Source: Octopus vulgaris (Eukaryota). Taken from it: 64,000 bases of DNA. Both the position numbers and the translations under genes were made by a program. How positions within the stretch are numbered: position 1 is the first letter of the stretch; every line of letters begins with the position of its first letter. Location of the stretch: contig OX597828.1 of assembly GCA_951406725.2 (NCBI GenBank), positions 67,394,001 to 67,458,000 on the forward strand. Reading direction: 5' to 3'. Of the stretch, positions 26,148 through 40,629 are shown piece after piece. The notes under the pieces were generated by a model. That model did not search any database and had not been told where the DNA came from. It saw only the letters and a program-made list of their open reading frames with translations.

Positions 26148-26401
26148 ATATATATATATATATACACATACATACATATATATGTATGTATGTTTGTATA
26201 TATATATATGTACATGTATATATTATATACCTATTTACCTATTTCTCACTTTAGATTCATATTTACATACAATCATACAAACATGCAAAAATTATTCTTG
26301 TCTCTCTTATTATACTCATTCTTTTGTTCTCTCTCTCTCTCTCCTTTTCTTCTCTTACTCTCTCACTCTCTCCTCATCTCCGTTTTCTACCCCCTGTCTC
26401 T

Positions 26402-26461
<60 letters not shown>

Positions 26462-27360
26462 TGCAATTTGTTTTTCATTTTTATGGTTACTTAGAATTAA
26501 TAAGAGAAATCTTTTTTTTATATTCCTGTTTAAAAATTCAACCCCTGAAAACATCGCACACCGCCACCATCACCACCAGCATCCACCCCCACCAAGAAAT
26601 AAAAAAAACCTATCTTTACACCTACCCCCCTACCTGTTCCATTCTATAAATCCCCACCCTGGCATTACCATATTCAAATATTCATTTTATGTGATGCCAA
26701 TGCACCGAAAATGGCGTGTACTCAAAGAACGTAATATTTGCGGAGAGAGAGAGAGAGAGAGATTATGATGATGATGATGTTCACTGCATTGATTGTATTT
26801 CTATAGCTGGTTCTGCCTCACCCCTCACAGCACTGGCTTCTGTTTGCCTGTCAGGGAGAACTGTAAGGTGGGAATCAATGTAGAGGAACAGTCCGTAGAT
26901 ATAGAATATATTTCTTTTGTATTCCTTTCTCTGATGTCCGCAGAAGTTTCGACAGCAGCAGTCATCTCCCTTTCTCTCTGTCCTTCCCTCCCTCTACCCC
27001 CTTCTCTCTCTCTTTCTCTCTGTCCCTCCCTCCCTCCCTCCCTCCCCCCTCTCTCTTTCTGGTGAAACAGCATTTGCTGAGGCAGAACGTAAGACATGCC
27101 TTACTGGTATACAAGCATGCTTATATCCATTCATACGCCTATGTATGTATGTATGTATGTATGTGTGTGCGTGTGTGCATGTATGTATATGTATGGGTGG
27201 ATGGATGCTTTTCTTATAGCTGTATTTAAGTTCTTCCTGAGAGAGTTCAAACCGGTCTTTAAGAAAGCGATAAGACTTTTAAGTTAAGAAATTGGTATTT
27301 TGGTTGGACTGTCGATGCACACACCCAAATGTGTGCATACATTCATCCAAAGAATCTCAG

Positions 27361-27473
<113 letters not shown>

Positions 27474-27965
27474 TAGATAGATTGATAGATAAAGTTACTT
27501 GGCTGTCTTACGATAGCTGTGAAGGAAAAGAAAGACGGACGATGGTCCCGTGTGAGCAACGAGAGAGCGAGTGTTAAGGAGAAGTGAGAGAGAGAGACAG
27601 ACAGATAGAAAGAGAACAGTGAAGGGGAGAAAAGAGGAAAACAAAAGAGTTAAATACATGGCTGTCGTAGAGACTGCACGAATCCTATCTGTCTCTCTTC
27701 TATCTTTCCTCTTGTCAAAGATAATATATCTCTCGTTGTTTATGTATTCAACTCTTTTGTTTTCGTATTTCATGTTATTTACTGTTTGTGACGTCCTGTA
27801 CTCATATATGCATATATATATATATATATGTATTAATAAAAGGAGTTCCAACCTTGTCTGATTTTCACGTTTTATTTACAATCTTATAATGATATAATAT
27901 AATATAATATAATATAATATAATATAATAAAATAAAATAATAGAATGTTAAATGTTCATTCTGAT

Positions 27966-28010
27966 TGAACTAGTACTTTCATGCATTAAATTCTGCAATC
28001 TTCACGTTCA
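27966..28010 (-). ncRNA. Type I hammerhead-like motif (family H4, C3G uncompensated, likely inactive)
   Basis: Minus strand: tgaac-GTGAAGA-t-tgca gaatttaa tgca-t-GAAA-gtac-TA-gttca; stem I is 5 bp; palindromic stem III agtact. Confidence 0.6.
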
Positions 28011-28373
28011 TGTAGTGGTGGTGACAGTCATGCTTCACAATTTTTGACTGTAGCGAGATGATTAAATCTGTGCCTTAAATACAGCTGTGTAGGCTCCAGA
28101 TTGCTAGGTTTTGCAAACTGCATTCTGACCAATCAGTGTGTAGTATCACTCAATTACTTAAGCTGATTGGTTTAGGCTTCACGCTTTGTTGAACATGTCA
28201 AGAGTCCTGTATCTTAACCCTGGCCGAGGCAGCAATTGTTGGGTTATTTTTAGAAATGTTGTAAATAACCTTTGTCAGAGATTTTTATATTTTCATATTT
28301 CAATTGTCATCATCATCATTGTCAGCACCATAATTATTGTTGCACACACACATATATATACATACATACTTAC

Positions 28374-28452
<79 letters not shown>

Positions 28453-28577
28453 TAATCCAAACAAGAAAACACAGAAAAAAAGAGAAAAAAAGAGAAAAAA
28501 ACACAGCAACGCAGGACGTGGAACAATTAAAGTATTATTGACGCTCAGGAAAGAAGGGAAGGAGATATATATATATT

Positions 28578-28611
<34 letters not shown>

Positions 28612-28702
28612 TGTATGTATGTATGTATGTATGTATGTATGTATGTATGTATATATGTATGTATGTGTGTATGTATGTATGTATGTATATGCAGCACGGA
28701 TT

Positions 28703-28753
28703 TTTGTCAGTGAACAGGTCACGGTCTTAAAGCGGCGAAAATATTTTGACAAA
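28703..28753 (+). ncRNA. Type I hammerhead with G3-C8 core (family H3)
   Basis: tttgtca-GTGAACA-g-gtcac ggtcttaaa gcggc-GAAA-atat-TT-tgacaaa; within a repeat of about 145 bp also at 48525 and 57215. Confidence 0.7.
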
Positions 28754-28836
28754 TTAAACTTAAATGTTGAAGTGAATCGAACGGCTTTTGTGTGTTTCTT
28801 AAATGGCTTACAAACACCTTCCACGCTGCAATTGTT

Positions 28837-28867
<31 letters not shown>

Positions 28868-28879
28868 TGTGGGTATGTG

Positions 28880-29110
28880 AATACTAGAAAGAAATTAGGT
28901 GAGCATGCTCTGCTGGTTTACAGGACGTTAGTGCGAATGAACGAAGGAGCAGGAATGAGATGAGAAGAAAATTTGGTATTAGTGAAATGAAGCATAGTAT
29001 GCAAGAGAGGAGGTTGCACTGGTACGAGCATGTAATATATGTGCCAGGGAGTGACAGTTTGGTTAAAAAGTGCTAAGCGATTCAAATGCAGGGAACATGT
29101 GACGGACACG
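28880..29110 (+). pseudogene. RTE LINE 3' ORF remnant
   Basis: RNEMRRKFGISEMKHSMQERRLHWYEHV...SLVKKC*...QGTC, matching the RTE RRLRWYGHV motif. Confidence 0.7.
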
Positions 29111-30867
29111 AGTTAAAGAATAACAGAATGAATATTTCCAAAGCTGCGATGGGAAAAGTATTTTTAGGAGACAAATTGCTGGGGCTGCCTGCTGGAGCCT
29201 AGTGGCAGGTATTTAAAGGGGAAAATTTGACAAGTCAGTCAGTCACCGGTTGACACTCGCTGACGATACATCGAAGAGGCCAGGGAACAGAAGAAAGAAG
29301 AAGAAAGAAGAAGAAAGAAGACATGCACCCAACACCAGAGCTGAAGGCACCTCCGAAAGGGGTGGGGGCCGCCACGTCAAAACAGTAGAGGAGTAGGGGC
29401 CGAAACCGGACGTGGTTTCTTCTGATGATGTCTTGAGCTAACTGGATCCTATAAAGGAGCAGTTGTGGTAGCAGACCACGAAACACGGTTGTAATTCCTC
29501 CAAGTTGCATAGTAGGGAAAGATGAAAAATAAATCTGCTCCTGGAAAGGACCCCACAATAAAGAAGGTACCATGAAGATGTCATGATCCGCTACCTATTT
29601 CTTTTTTGAGTCCGAAGAAGTCTAGGGCTCAACATGTGATCACTAAACCTACTTGAGGAATAGGGTTTCTATGTTTATATGGGAGGAATTTAGTTGAGAA
29701 AAGTGTAGCGGGATTGGGATTGTATATAATATGTGGTGCGATCGGGGTGCGATCGGGGTGCGGTGTAAGGTATGGAGAGATTTGGGGCGAGGGTTAATGC
29801 TCCTGGAGACATGCAAATTTCCGAGTGAAAAATCATGAGGAGATGGGGCTGATACGAGAAGTGTTACATCACTTTTACCATTCCCGTAAGTAACGCCAAT
29901 AAGAATTTGGTGTTCCATTATAGAATTCCTCTTTACCAATTTCTATCTATTATTTCTCTTTGCATTAGGTGGTCACGAGATTATGTGGGTAGTAATGGTG
30001 GCGGTGGCGGCGGTGGCGGCGGTGGTTGTCGATGGGTTTGTTGTTGTTGTTTTTGATATTGATGTTGTCTTGTTACAAAGAAAACTACAACGAAAGGGAA
30101 ATCAAGGCAGGCAGAAGCTAAAATGTTTTTACCCAAGTAATGGCGGGGATGAGGAGAGAGTGGAGAGGGTTGAGGGTTCATCTGGAGAAAATGAAGAACT
30201 GTGAAACGACAAAGGAAAAGCACAAAGAAACAGGAAGAAGTGCACGCATATATTATATATATATATACACATATATATATATATATGTATATATATATAT
30301 TTATATATATATATATATATATAATAAAATATATATATATACATAAATAAATACATACATATATACATAAATACATACATACATACATACATACATACAT
30401 ACATACATACATACATACGCATATACATATATATGTATATATGTATACATGCATGCATGTATGTATATATATATATAACATAAATATATACTTATGTATA
30501 AATATTGGCATGTATAAATATACACACACGAATATGTATATACATATATGTATGTACACACTCTCACACACATACACACACACAAACAAATAAATATATA
30601 TATATATATATGCAAATACGATTGTATACGATTGTATATGGTTGTGGTGGTGAGGTAGTAATGGAGCAGTACGGTGTAGCTGGTGTAGTTGGTGAGAAGG
30701 TTTCTTTTCTTTTTCCATTTGGCTTTGGGTTTGGGTGTGGACGTGTTGAGAATGTCTTGCACACTTTCAGGAATGAAGAAATCTCTCAAGGTAGTTTACC
30801 AATATCAGAATTGTGGATATTTGCAAAAAAGATTGTCTTTTTAGGCATACATTTTTTTTGTGCTGCA

Positions 30868-30930
<63 letters not shown>

Positions 30931-30984
30931 CTTCTTCTTCTTCTTCTTCTTCTTCTTCTTCTTCTTCTTCTTCTTCTTCTTCTT

Positions 30985-31015
<31 letters not shown>

Positions 31016-31151
31016 TCTTCACCCCCCTTCTTATATTATATAAATTTTTTTTGCAAGATTGCCTTTCTCTTATCTTAATACCAAAAATATTATTGATCCA
31101 TTGTATCACATACATGCATACATGTACGCACACATATATATATACATACAC

Positions 31152-31207
<56 letters not shown>

Positions 31208-31334
31208 TTGTATATATATACAAACATATACATAAATATCGGTATATATATATATACATATATACATAAATGCGTGTGTATGTTAATATATATATATAAA
31301 TATAGATATAAATATGCATATACATATATGCGTG

Positions 31335-31381
<47 letters not shown>

Positions 31382-31572
31382 TACATATATACATACATAT
31401 ATCTATGTATATACACATACATTCATCTGTCCCATACGTATGCATACATGTATATATATGTATGTATGTATGTATGTAAGTATGTATAAATGCGTATGTG
31501 TGTGTGAGTGTGTGTGCGTGGGTGCGTGTGCGTGTATGTGCGTGTTTGTGTGTATGTGTTTGTGTGTGTGCG

Positions 31573-31610
<38 letters not shown>

Positions 31611-31909
31611 CAGCACCGAATGATATTCTATATCCGATGAGAATGAAACAAGATTTGAAACCGGTCTCGTATCTCTCTCCCTCTCTCTTTCCCTCTCTCC
31701 CTCCCCTCCCTCTCTCTTTCCCTCTTTCCCTCTCTCCCTCTCTCTTTCCCTCTTTCCCTCTCTCCCTACCCTCCCTCTCTCTCCCGCTCTCCTCTCTCTC
31801 TCTCTCTTTCAGTCAGTTCACGGGGAAGAAAGACTTTTAGATTTTATTCAACAAAGCTCTGAGTCCTTTGTGTCGAAAATAAGTTTACCTTGCATCATTC
31901 TACATACAG

Positions 31910-32044
31910 AGGCGCAGTCGTGGCTCTGTAGTAAGAAACTGGCTTCCCAGCCACATGGTTCCGGGTTCAGTCCCACTGTGTGGCACTTTAAGCAAGTGTC
32001 TTGTGAGTGGACTTGTTAGACGGAAACTGAATGAATCCCGTCGC

Positions 32045-32045
<1 letters not shown>
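31910..32045 (+). mobile_element. SINE family A, head
   Basis: aggcgcagtcgtggctctgtagtaagaa...ccgggttcagtcccactg...gacggaaactgaatgaatcccgtcg. Confidence 0.85.
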
Positions 32046-32090
<45 letters not shown>

Positions 32091-32199
32091 TTAGTATGTA
32101 CGTATTTAATTAATTTATATTATTTTAAATATATATCAAATTATTAAAAGTTTAAAAAAGATAATGAGTAAAACACTGTGTGTGTGTTTGTCCCTTCCC

Positions 32200-33785
32200 C
32201 AACATGAAAACCTGCATTGAAACTCAAAGAGCTGCAGAGGAACAGTGAGTATTCAAAAAAATCAAACAGAACCCAAAGTATTCTATTCATACGCAAATAA
32301 GCAAAGAACCGCTGCCTCACCCGTTGGTCCATTGATCGATGGTAACAACATCTAGTGAAATGGCAGAAATGGTGCAGAAACACTACTGATCTATCTTTAG
32401 TGATCCCACTGGTATTGACGTAAGGGATGTGAACGAAGTCGATTTCCAACATAAAATCTCAGACATAGCCCTTACTGCATCAGACATCATAACAGCAATA
32501 AATGAGATCAAATACTATTCTGCTGTAGGTCCTAATAAATTCCCGACTAGTCTCCTGAAGGAATGTAGACACCAACTTGCAGTCCCTCTAACCAACATTT
32601 GGAGAAATTCTTTAGATTCAGGTTATATAACGAAACAGCTCTTATCCCAGTCTGTCATTCCGGTTTTCAAACAGGGAAGCAGATTCCCCGCCTAATCTCA
32701 CTCACCTCCTGTATCCTTAAAGTGTTTGAAAAGGTGGTGAGATCAAGGATAACTGGCTTCCTGGAGAGTTACAATCTCCTAAATTCAAACCAGCATGGCT
32801 TTCGCTGTGGCAGGGACTGCCTAACACAGCCCTTACACCACATCGATATCGTTAAAGCCTTCTGATCAGGTTCGAACTCTGATGTCATATGTCATAATTC
32901 AGTAAAGCGTTCGACATAGTTGAACATAATATCCTACTGTCAAAATTGTCAAATGCTGGTATCCGTGGAAAACTACTATACTGGATTGAGTATTTCCAGG
33001 AGAACAGAACACATGTGATCGGTGAAATCCAGTCAAACCCAGCAAAAGTCAGCAGTGGTGCCCCCCAGGGAAGTGTCTTGCCCACTACTCTTTATAGTCT
33101 ATATAAACGACCTTTCCAGCGTCATAAAACACAGCAAAGTGAAAATATTCGTTGATGACTAAGCTCCAGAAAATTATCAATGAAGAAGACCGAACTGAAC
33201 CCCAGTCTGATCTCCATGCTGTGAGTCATTGGACAAAACAAAAACAAAATGCAACTAAACTAGGGAAAATTTGAGCTGATGCATTTTGGAAGAAAGACTA
33301 TGCTAAAACAGCCACACTCTCGTTCTTCAAGGGAACCACTCACAGAATCTCCAGCGCCGACGTGAACGATACATCATTTGCACGATGTTGCTCAAATGAC
33401 CTCGACATTAGCATCAAAATTCATTCAAGGCTAGGACCTCGGGCCATACGTCTCCTACCCAATTCAGGATCACAACATATAAATACACTGCAACACAATT
33501 TCTTTTCCTCAATAGGCCCTGCCCTATTTAATACTGTCCCGAAACAGATCAAAACCGAAAAGGAGCCCATCACCTTTTAACGGAATCTGGACAAATTTCT
33601 TCAAGGAATACCAGACTAGCCACTATACCTGGATACAATTCACTCAACAAGAACTCCCTACTCGAATGGACCATGATGCCACAGAACTTGACTTAACAAG
33701 GATTTAGCTAATCCTATCAGGTGGTGGTACTATTAAGTTATGACCTAAACCAATCTTAGGTCGAAACATATTTGAGTTATCTAAG

Positions 33786-33790
<5 letters not shown>
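32200..33790 (+). mobile_element. Degenerate CR1-group LINE with 3' end
   Basis: GPNKFP..LLKEC, ISLTSCILKVFEKVV, NQHGFRCGRDC, SGAPQGSVL, FVDD; terminal hairpin gacctaa...ttaggtc-gaaac and short repeated tail. Confidence 0.9.
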
Positions 33791-33821
<31 letters not shown>

Positions 33822-33823
<2 letters not shown>

Positions 33824-34041
33824 CAATAATAATTCTCTAAACGAGGTATATACAGTAACTGCTCCATAACATAAGGGACGTTAGCCATCCGAATATGGCT
33901 AGGGACAGGGCAGAGCGGTGGGGGTCTTACTGATGCATTTAGCCCCAGGCGATCATCAACGTCACCAGAAGGGCTGACGCCATCACGGCGTCCTCTAGCC
34001 TGCAAAGGGAGATCATTCCCCGAAGAAGCGGATGCCACATA

Positions 34042-34045
<4 letters not shown>
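33822..34045. repeat. Partial copy of the 356-bp repeat unit (same orientation as 1-200)
   Basis: gcaataataa...ggctagggacagggcag...ccccgaagaagcggatgc. Confidence 0.88.
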
Positions 34046-34095
<50 letters not shown>

Positions 34096-34097
<2 letters not shown>

Positions 34098-34427
34098 TTT
34101 ATAATTAGGGTTCAGCAAAGATTTGCTTTACCACATACCGAAGTTTAGAAATGGCAGTCAAAAAACCTTAGCTATTTCCTCTACTTTAAAAAGGGACTCC
34201 CAGAAAAGCCAAAATACTTGAAAACAATCTACGCAGGCAGAGAGGAAAAATAACGAAAATCAATCCATATCATTTTTCCTCTCTGCCTGCGTAGATTGTT
34301 TTCAAGTATTTTGGTTTTTCTGAGAGTCCCTTTTTAAAGTAGAGGAAATAGCTAAGGTTTTTTGACTGCTATTTCTAAACTTCGGTATGTGGTAAAGCAA
34401 ATCTTTGCTGAACCCTAATTATAAAGT
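34096..34427. repeat. Near-perfect palindrome, 156-bp arms, 20-bp spacer
   Basis: 34096-34251 is the reverse complement of 34272-34427, with about 3 mismatches by eye. Confidence 0.95.
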
Positions 34428-34522
34428 ATTACTTAAGCTTACCGTGAAATGATCTTTTTGATGCCGAATTCTACTTGGTGAAATTATTGATTACCTCTTA
34501 ATTAATTAATTTTATCCTCTGT

Positions 34523-34562
<40 letters not shown>

Positions 34563-34565
<3 letters not shown>

Positions 34566-34767
34566 TTTACTCTTTTACTCTTTTACTTGTCTCAGTCATT
34601 TGACTGCGGCCATGCTGGAGCACCACATTTAGTCGAGCAAATCGACCCCAGGACTTATTCTTTGTAAGCCCAGTACTTATTCTATCGGTCTCTTTTGCCG
34701 AACCGCTAAATGACGGGGACGTAAACACACGAGCATCGGTTGTCAAGCAATGCTAGGGGGACAAACA

Positions 34768-34845
<78 letters not shown>

Positions 34846-35010
34846 TACGACAGGCTTCTTCCAGTTTCCGTCTACCAAATCCACTCACAAGGCATTGGTC
34901 AGCCAGGGGCTATAGCAGAAGATACTTGCCCAAGAAGCCACGCAGTGGGACTGAACCCGGAACCATGTGGTTGGTTAGCAAGCTACTTACCACACAGCCA
35001 CTCCTGCGCC

Positions 35011-35012
<2 letters not shown>
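34563..35012 (-). mobile_element. SINE family A, full length
   Basis: Complete head, internal microsatellite and (gagtaaaa)n tail. Confidence 0.92.
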
Positions 35013-35062
<50 letters not shown>

Positions 35063-37235
35063 TGCGCACGAGCGTATATATGTGTGTATATGTATGCTTG
35101 TGCCTCGTAAATGGTGAGGGTTGATAGTAGCTGAGAATAAAGCTGGAACAATAGTAGACAGATTGGTGGGATGGAGGAGAGGAAGGTTTTAGGGCGTGAG
35201 TTGGGGAAGGGGGGATAGTGATGAAGAAGTGGAGTGTGGGGAAGGGGGGTGTTGCTGTTGCCTTTGGAATACTGACATGTTGACAAATTGGTTGGAGTTT
35301 CTGCTGGTTTGTGTTTCTTTTAAATATTTCATGAGTGTTTGTGATTGTGTTTATGTGTGTGTGTGCGTGTGTGTATGAAAGAGGGGTGTTTAATAAAATG
35401 GCAATAAATCGGTGGCTGCTAAACAAGCAGAAACACAGAAAGACTCCAAGACTGAAGAAGTCTTGGACCCAGCTGATTGACAACAGCACTCTTGCGATAT
35501 TTGAGTGACGGATTGGCGTGGTTGTAGAGTGGAAGAGATGTCAAAGTATTCTGTGGTATTTAATTCTGTGATTCTTACAGGATCTGAGTTCAGAAAGCAC
35601 CAGTAACAACTTTACTTTTATCCTTCTTGAAACCGGGAAAAAAAAAACAGGGTGCGAGGAAGTAGTGGGATCGATATAATCGATTCAGAGATCAGTTGTA
35701 GAATCTGTTGAGCAAGGAGCTGAAATGATTGGATATATATGTTCGAAATGCCCTGCTTTATTCAGTCAAGCCTAATTAACGCCTTGCGTATTTAGTCGAG
35801 TTTGAATGTTCTGGGGATATTTAGTTACGGATATAATATATAATCAGTTGTAATTCTAACTGTAAAGAGAGAGAAAGACATTAGAATTGATGAAATTTAA
35901 TCTCGAAACGATTTGCGTATCATTATGTCATTAAGGCGAAAATTAAAAGCAGATATATTCAGGAGTTTGATGCTTTATTGCTATGGTGACAACTGCTCAC
36001 GTGTTTAGGTCATATTCGTCCTCCTTGATTAACCTTACTCCACTCACAGCCGCCATGGCCCTAGGATTACTGATATAGTGTATGCCGTGCGAAAATAATT
36101 AAAACAGTGACCCTGATCATTTTCGACCAGTGACTTCTGTATGAGCAATATGTGACGAATAGATTCCTTTATTCTTAAGCTAGGGTTTGAAACCGAATCT
36201 ATATTTTTCTACAAGTTTCTTTCCTATTATACTCAGCTTTTGCACTTAGAGATTTGTGAGAGTCAACTGTCACAGTTAAGTTCTATTGTTTAAGTAAACA
36301 TTCTTAGATTAAATATAGTTCGAGAGAGATAAACTTATTTCTTTCCATTGTCCTCTGACCTACATCCAGTTTTGCAACATCTATAAATACAGTAACTATA
36401 TTCGGTTCATCTTTCTTTCAACTCCGACAGAGGAAGCAACGAGGGACAACACAGTCTTTACCCTCTCTACTTGTCTAGACTCTCTCTCTCTTTCTCTTTC
36501 TCTTTCTCTTTCTTTCTTCCCCCCTTTTCCACTAGTCTTCTAGCAGTCAACAAAAAATGAAGTTAACTACCTGCATAGTGGACAACAGAACTGCAAACAA
36601 TTTGTAAATAATAACACCTCGAAGAGGTTGTATCTTACATTATAACGATGAGAATAGAGGTCCATTTCAACTAATTAATAATATTTTCTTCCTCTCATTT
36701 ATTTGCTACACATAATTCATTACAAATATAATTCATTACGCTAATTAAGCTATTATAGTTAAAAGGTAGGGAGCCGAAAATAAATTTTAATCATTGGTTA
36801 TCTATATAATGAGCCCTAATTCTGTTTCCTTTTCTATGTTTGCACTGAAGTAACTCCTAGATTTACTCAACGCTATCTTTCAAGTTTCGATCTTTAATCA
36901 GCCACTTATAATGCTAGAAATAACTGCTAAATTCTCTCCAAATCACACCTGCTGTTTTACAAAAGAAGGAATACATTAGGTAATGATTTTGAGCTTCTTC
37001 GGTTTTGTTAATAATGGACGCTTCCACTCAGATCAACAAATGTTTTCTTCGCTGATTTCTATAGAGGGAGTCACCTCTGAATTACAGGGATCTCTGCCGT
37101 TGAGAAGGCGAAATTTAGCTGACCACCAGTGCCTGGCGATCCTAACGTCGTTTGGAGCTTATTGTGTATTTAACACACAAAGTCATTGAGGAAAAGTTTC
37201 TCTGGGGCAAAATTTCACGGGCAGCCGCGTCTATG

Positions 37236-37269
<34 letters not shown>

Positions 37270-37277
<8 letters not shown>

Positions 37278-37766
37278 TCTAGTTGTGTGAGTGTCTGTCC
37301 CCTTCGATTTAGATTCCTAACTCCTCCCACATTTTGCGGTGCAGTTTAACCAAATTCGGGTATCTTATAGTCGTGATTCATATCGAGCCCGTCTGACTAT
37401 TAGCGCGCGTCAACGATGAGTCTACGATTTTAAAAAATAATTTAACATCATTTTTTATTCCATTTTAATGCATAAAATGCATCGTATGTCGATGGCGGCG
37501 GAGTTGGCGTCCACGCTCACAGCTGCACCTGTTTGCTTCTCCCCTTCCCTCCCTCGTGAAGCTGTGGGGAAGGGAGTGTAAAGAAATCAACGTCGTAATG
37601 CGTTGTGAAGGAAACCAGCGTTCTTTTAGAACAACGACTTCATGGCTTGAAGACACCAAAACAAAAATGGCTAAGAAAGCCCGAATTTATAAGGTAAGTA
37701 ACTCTCTAAATATGCTTATATAGTTATTTCCCTTACAAACCCGAGCACCGCCGGGCGATACTGCTA

Positions 37767-37767
<1 letters not shown>
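37270..37767 (+). mobile_element. Non-autonomous Helitron with an extra internal segment
   Basis: Homologous to 21762-22159 at both ends; ends cccgagcaccgccgggcgatactgCTAG|t. Confidence 0.9.
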
Positions 37768-37810
<43 letters not shown>

Positions 37811-38392
37811 GCTTGACATAGCAGCAACTCATCTTTCCATTAGCGATATATAGAATAACAGTGCCAGAGCAGGCGCAATTAGCCAGTGAGTTTGTTAAAA
37901 AATATTTATTAGCGACAGTGGCAATATTAATAGCGAGAAGTAATATATATTGACTTTTATGCAGTTGTTTTAAACTCACTGTGCGCTATACATTGACTTT
38001 TATACAGTTGCTTAAAACAAGCTGTTGAATATATATTCATTTCTACACAGTTGTTTTAATGGTTTACAACCACCAAAGCCGGCAAATGCTGATTCGTTCA
38101 TTAGGAGTTCTTTCAAGCAATTTTTTTTAAAAAAAGATTGTTTTTACTAATAATTTATTGTTCCATTAATATTAATGAAGCTCAACATTTTTAATTGGTG
38201 ACTTGACAAATTCACTCGGTAAACGAGTCCGTATTTAAATTTTCTCCTTCATGTTTTTTTTATATTTATGGAGTGGAATGGAGTAGAGTGAGTGAGGTGG
38301 GGGGTAGTATCATATGTGACGCTTTGATTCGACCGTCTTCTTCAGAGAAAGAGTCGGTGGTTTTAATAGACTTCCTGGCGTCGTCGTCGTCG

Positions 38393-38428
<36 letters not shown>

Positions 38429-38639
38429 ACCTCACCATCATCTCCGTCGTTGCCATTTCATCAGTCTTCAGTAATCTATTAACGCCATCATTAGAATTAT
38501 CATCATCATCAGCAGCAGCAGCAGCAACAACAAAAACAATTCTGCCTTCTGATGTTTATCGCTGCCCTCCACCGCCTCCTCCTCCTCTTCTTCTTCTTCC
38601 TCCTCTTCTTCTTCTTCCTCCTCCTCCTCTTCCTCCTCC

Positions 38640-38691
<52 letters not shown>

Positions 38692-38970
38692 CCTCCTCAT
38701 CATCATCATCGTCGTCGTCGTCGTCGTCGTCGTCATCATCATCGTCATCATCATCATCACCATTAGCAGCTGCAGCCATACTTCTGTCCTTGTGACCATC
38801 ACTATCGTCACCTTCATCTTTATTATGTGAGAGTGACATATATCACAACACAACATCCACAACACTAACAAAAGTCAGTGAAGTAAGTCAAACCACGAAG
38901 AACCGGCGCATTCAATGGCCGTTCTGTGGTTTAGTGGTCAGAGTGCTCAACCCATAACTTCACCATCACT

Positions 38971-39021
<51 letters not shown>

Positions 39022-39039
39022 TAGTGAGAGAATGTCGAT

Positions 39040-39329
<290 letters not shown>

Positions 39330-39365
39330 GTTTTATATATATATATATATGTTTTTATATGTATA

Positions 39366-39425
<60 letters not shown>

Positions 39426-39435
39426 TATCTGTTTT

Positions 39436-39555
<120 letters not shown>

Positions 39556-40273
39556 AATACAAAATGGGACAAGAACGCAGCCGAAATTGCGAGGATGATC
39601 CGGTTCTTGACTGAAGATTAAAGGCTTCGAATATCAATCATGATTAATACACACAGTATTTAAATCCGAGTCACGATTATGCATATCGTGCCTGTGTTTT
39701 AAAACAAGTACACAAATGGTTGTTTTTCTTCATACCAGTAAAATCCATTCTGGTTTGAACGGGTTAAAGTGAGATAGTTCTTAATTTTCTTTCGTTATTT
39801 TTTTTTTCTCATTCCACTTTTTAATTTTATCTACCTCTCGTACTTTCTCATGTTTTCTCAAACACCAGCTATGTCAGATGGCCGTGTTTTCACAACGGGG
39901 AAACTAATAGTAGTTCGAATTTAAATCTTGTGCGTATGTGTGAGTGTGTGTGTGTACATGCATATATATATAAATAAATATGTATACATACATAGATATA
40001 TACATACGTACATACATACATACATACATATATGTATATATATATATGTATTTAACGCGCTTGTCTGCGTATTTCATGTTGTTTACACAGTTGGTGACGT
40101 CCTGTACCCATATATGCATATATATATATATTTTTTTTTCTGTACTTGTTTCAGTCATTTGACTGCGGCCATGCTGGAGCACCGCCTTTTAGAGTGGTGA
40201 AAGAGTACGCAGGGATCACCACTCCTGCCGGAGCCTATATAGGTGTTTTCGCTCAATAAACACACACAACGCC

Positions 40274-40370
<97 letters not shown>

Positions 40371-40629
40371 AGAGTTTACGAAAAAAATACAAAAGACAAA
40401 GACAGGTGGTACAGGACGTCACCAACTGTGTAAACAACATGAAATACGCAGACAAACGCGTTAAATGCATAAACAACGAGTGGAAATCAGGACAAAGCTT
40501 TGATCCACCATAAATCCTAAATTTCATTTTGTAATTTATGGCAGCAACTGTCTTTGAAGACTCATATTGTCGTTGAATGCTCGAAATGAGGAGTGGGTGA
40601 AGAGTTGTTTCTATGTGAATACTTGTCCT

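Noticed and set aside
25428-26768. Longest ORF (446 aa) and the many [12 protein letters not shown] and poly-L/I ORFs
   Set aside because: Translations of stop-free microsatellites with no domain content
29200-29940. Possible LINE ORF1 remnant on the minus strand (also 14890-15560, and a LINE-like remnant at 54320-54700)
   Set aside because: Too degenerate to support by eye
36049-36078. Perfect Kozak gccgccATGG after a cag
   Set aside because: The frame closes after 7 codons (MALGLLI*) and there is no convincing splice donor
37947-38060. Three imperfect repeats at about 43-bp spacing, superficially CRISPR-like
   Set aside because: Degenerate minisatellite in eukaryotic repeat DNA, with no cas genes
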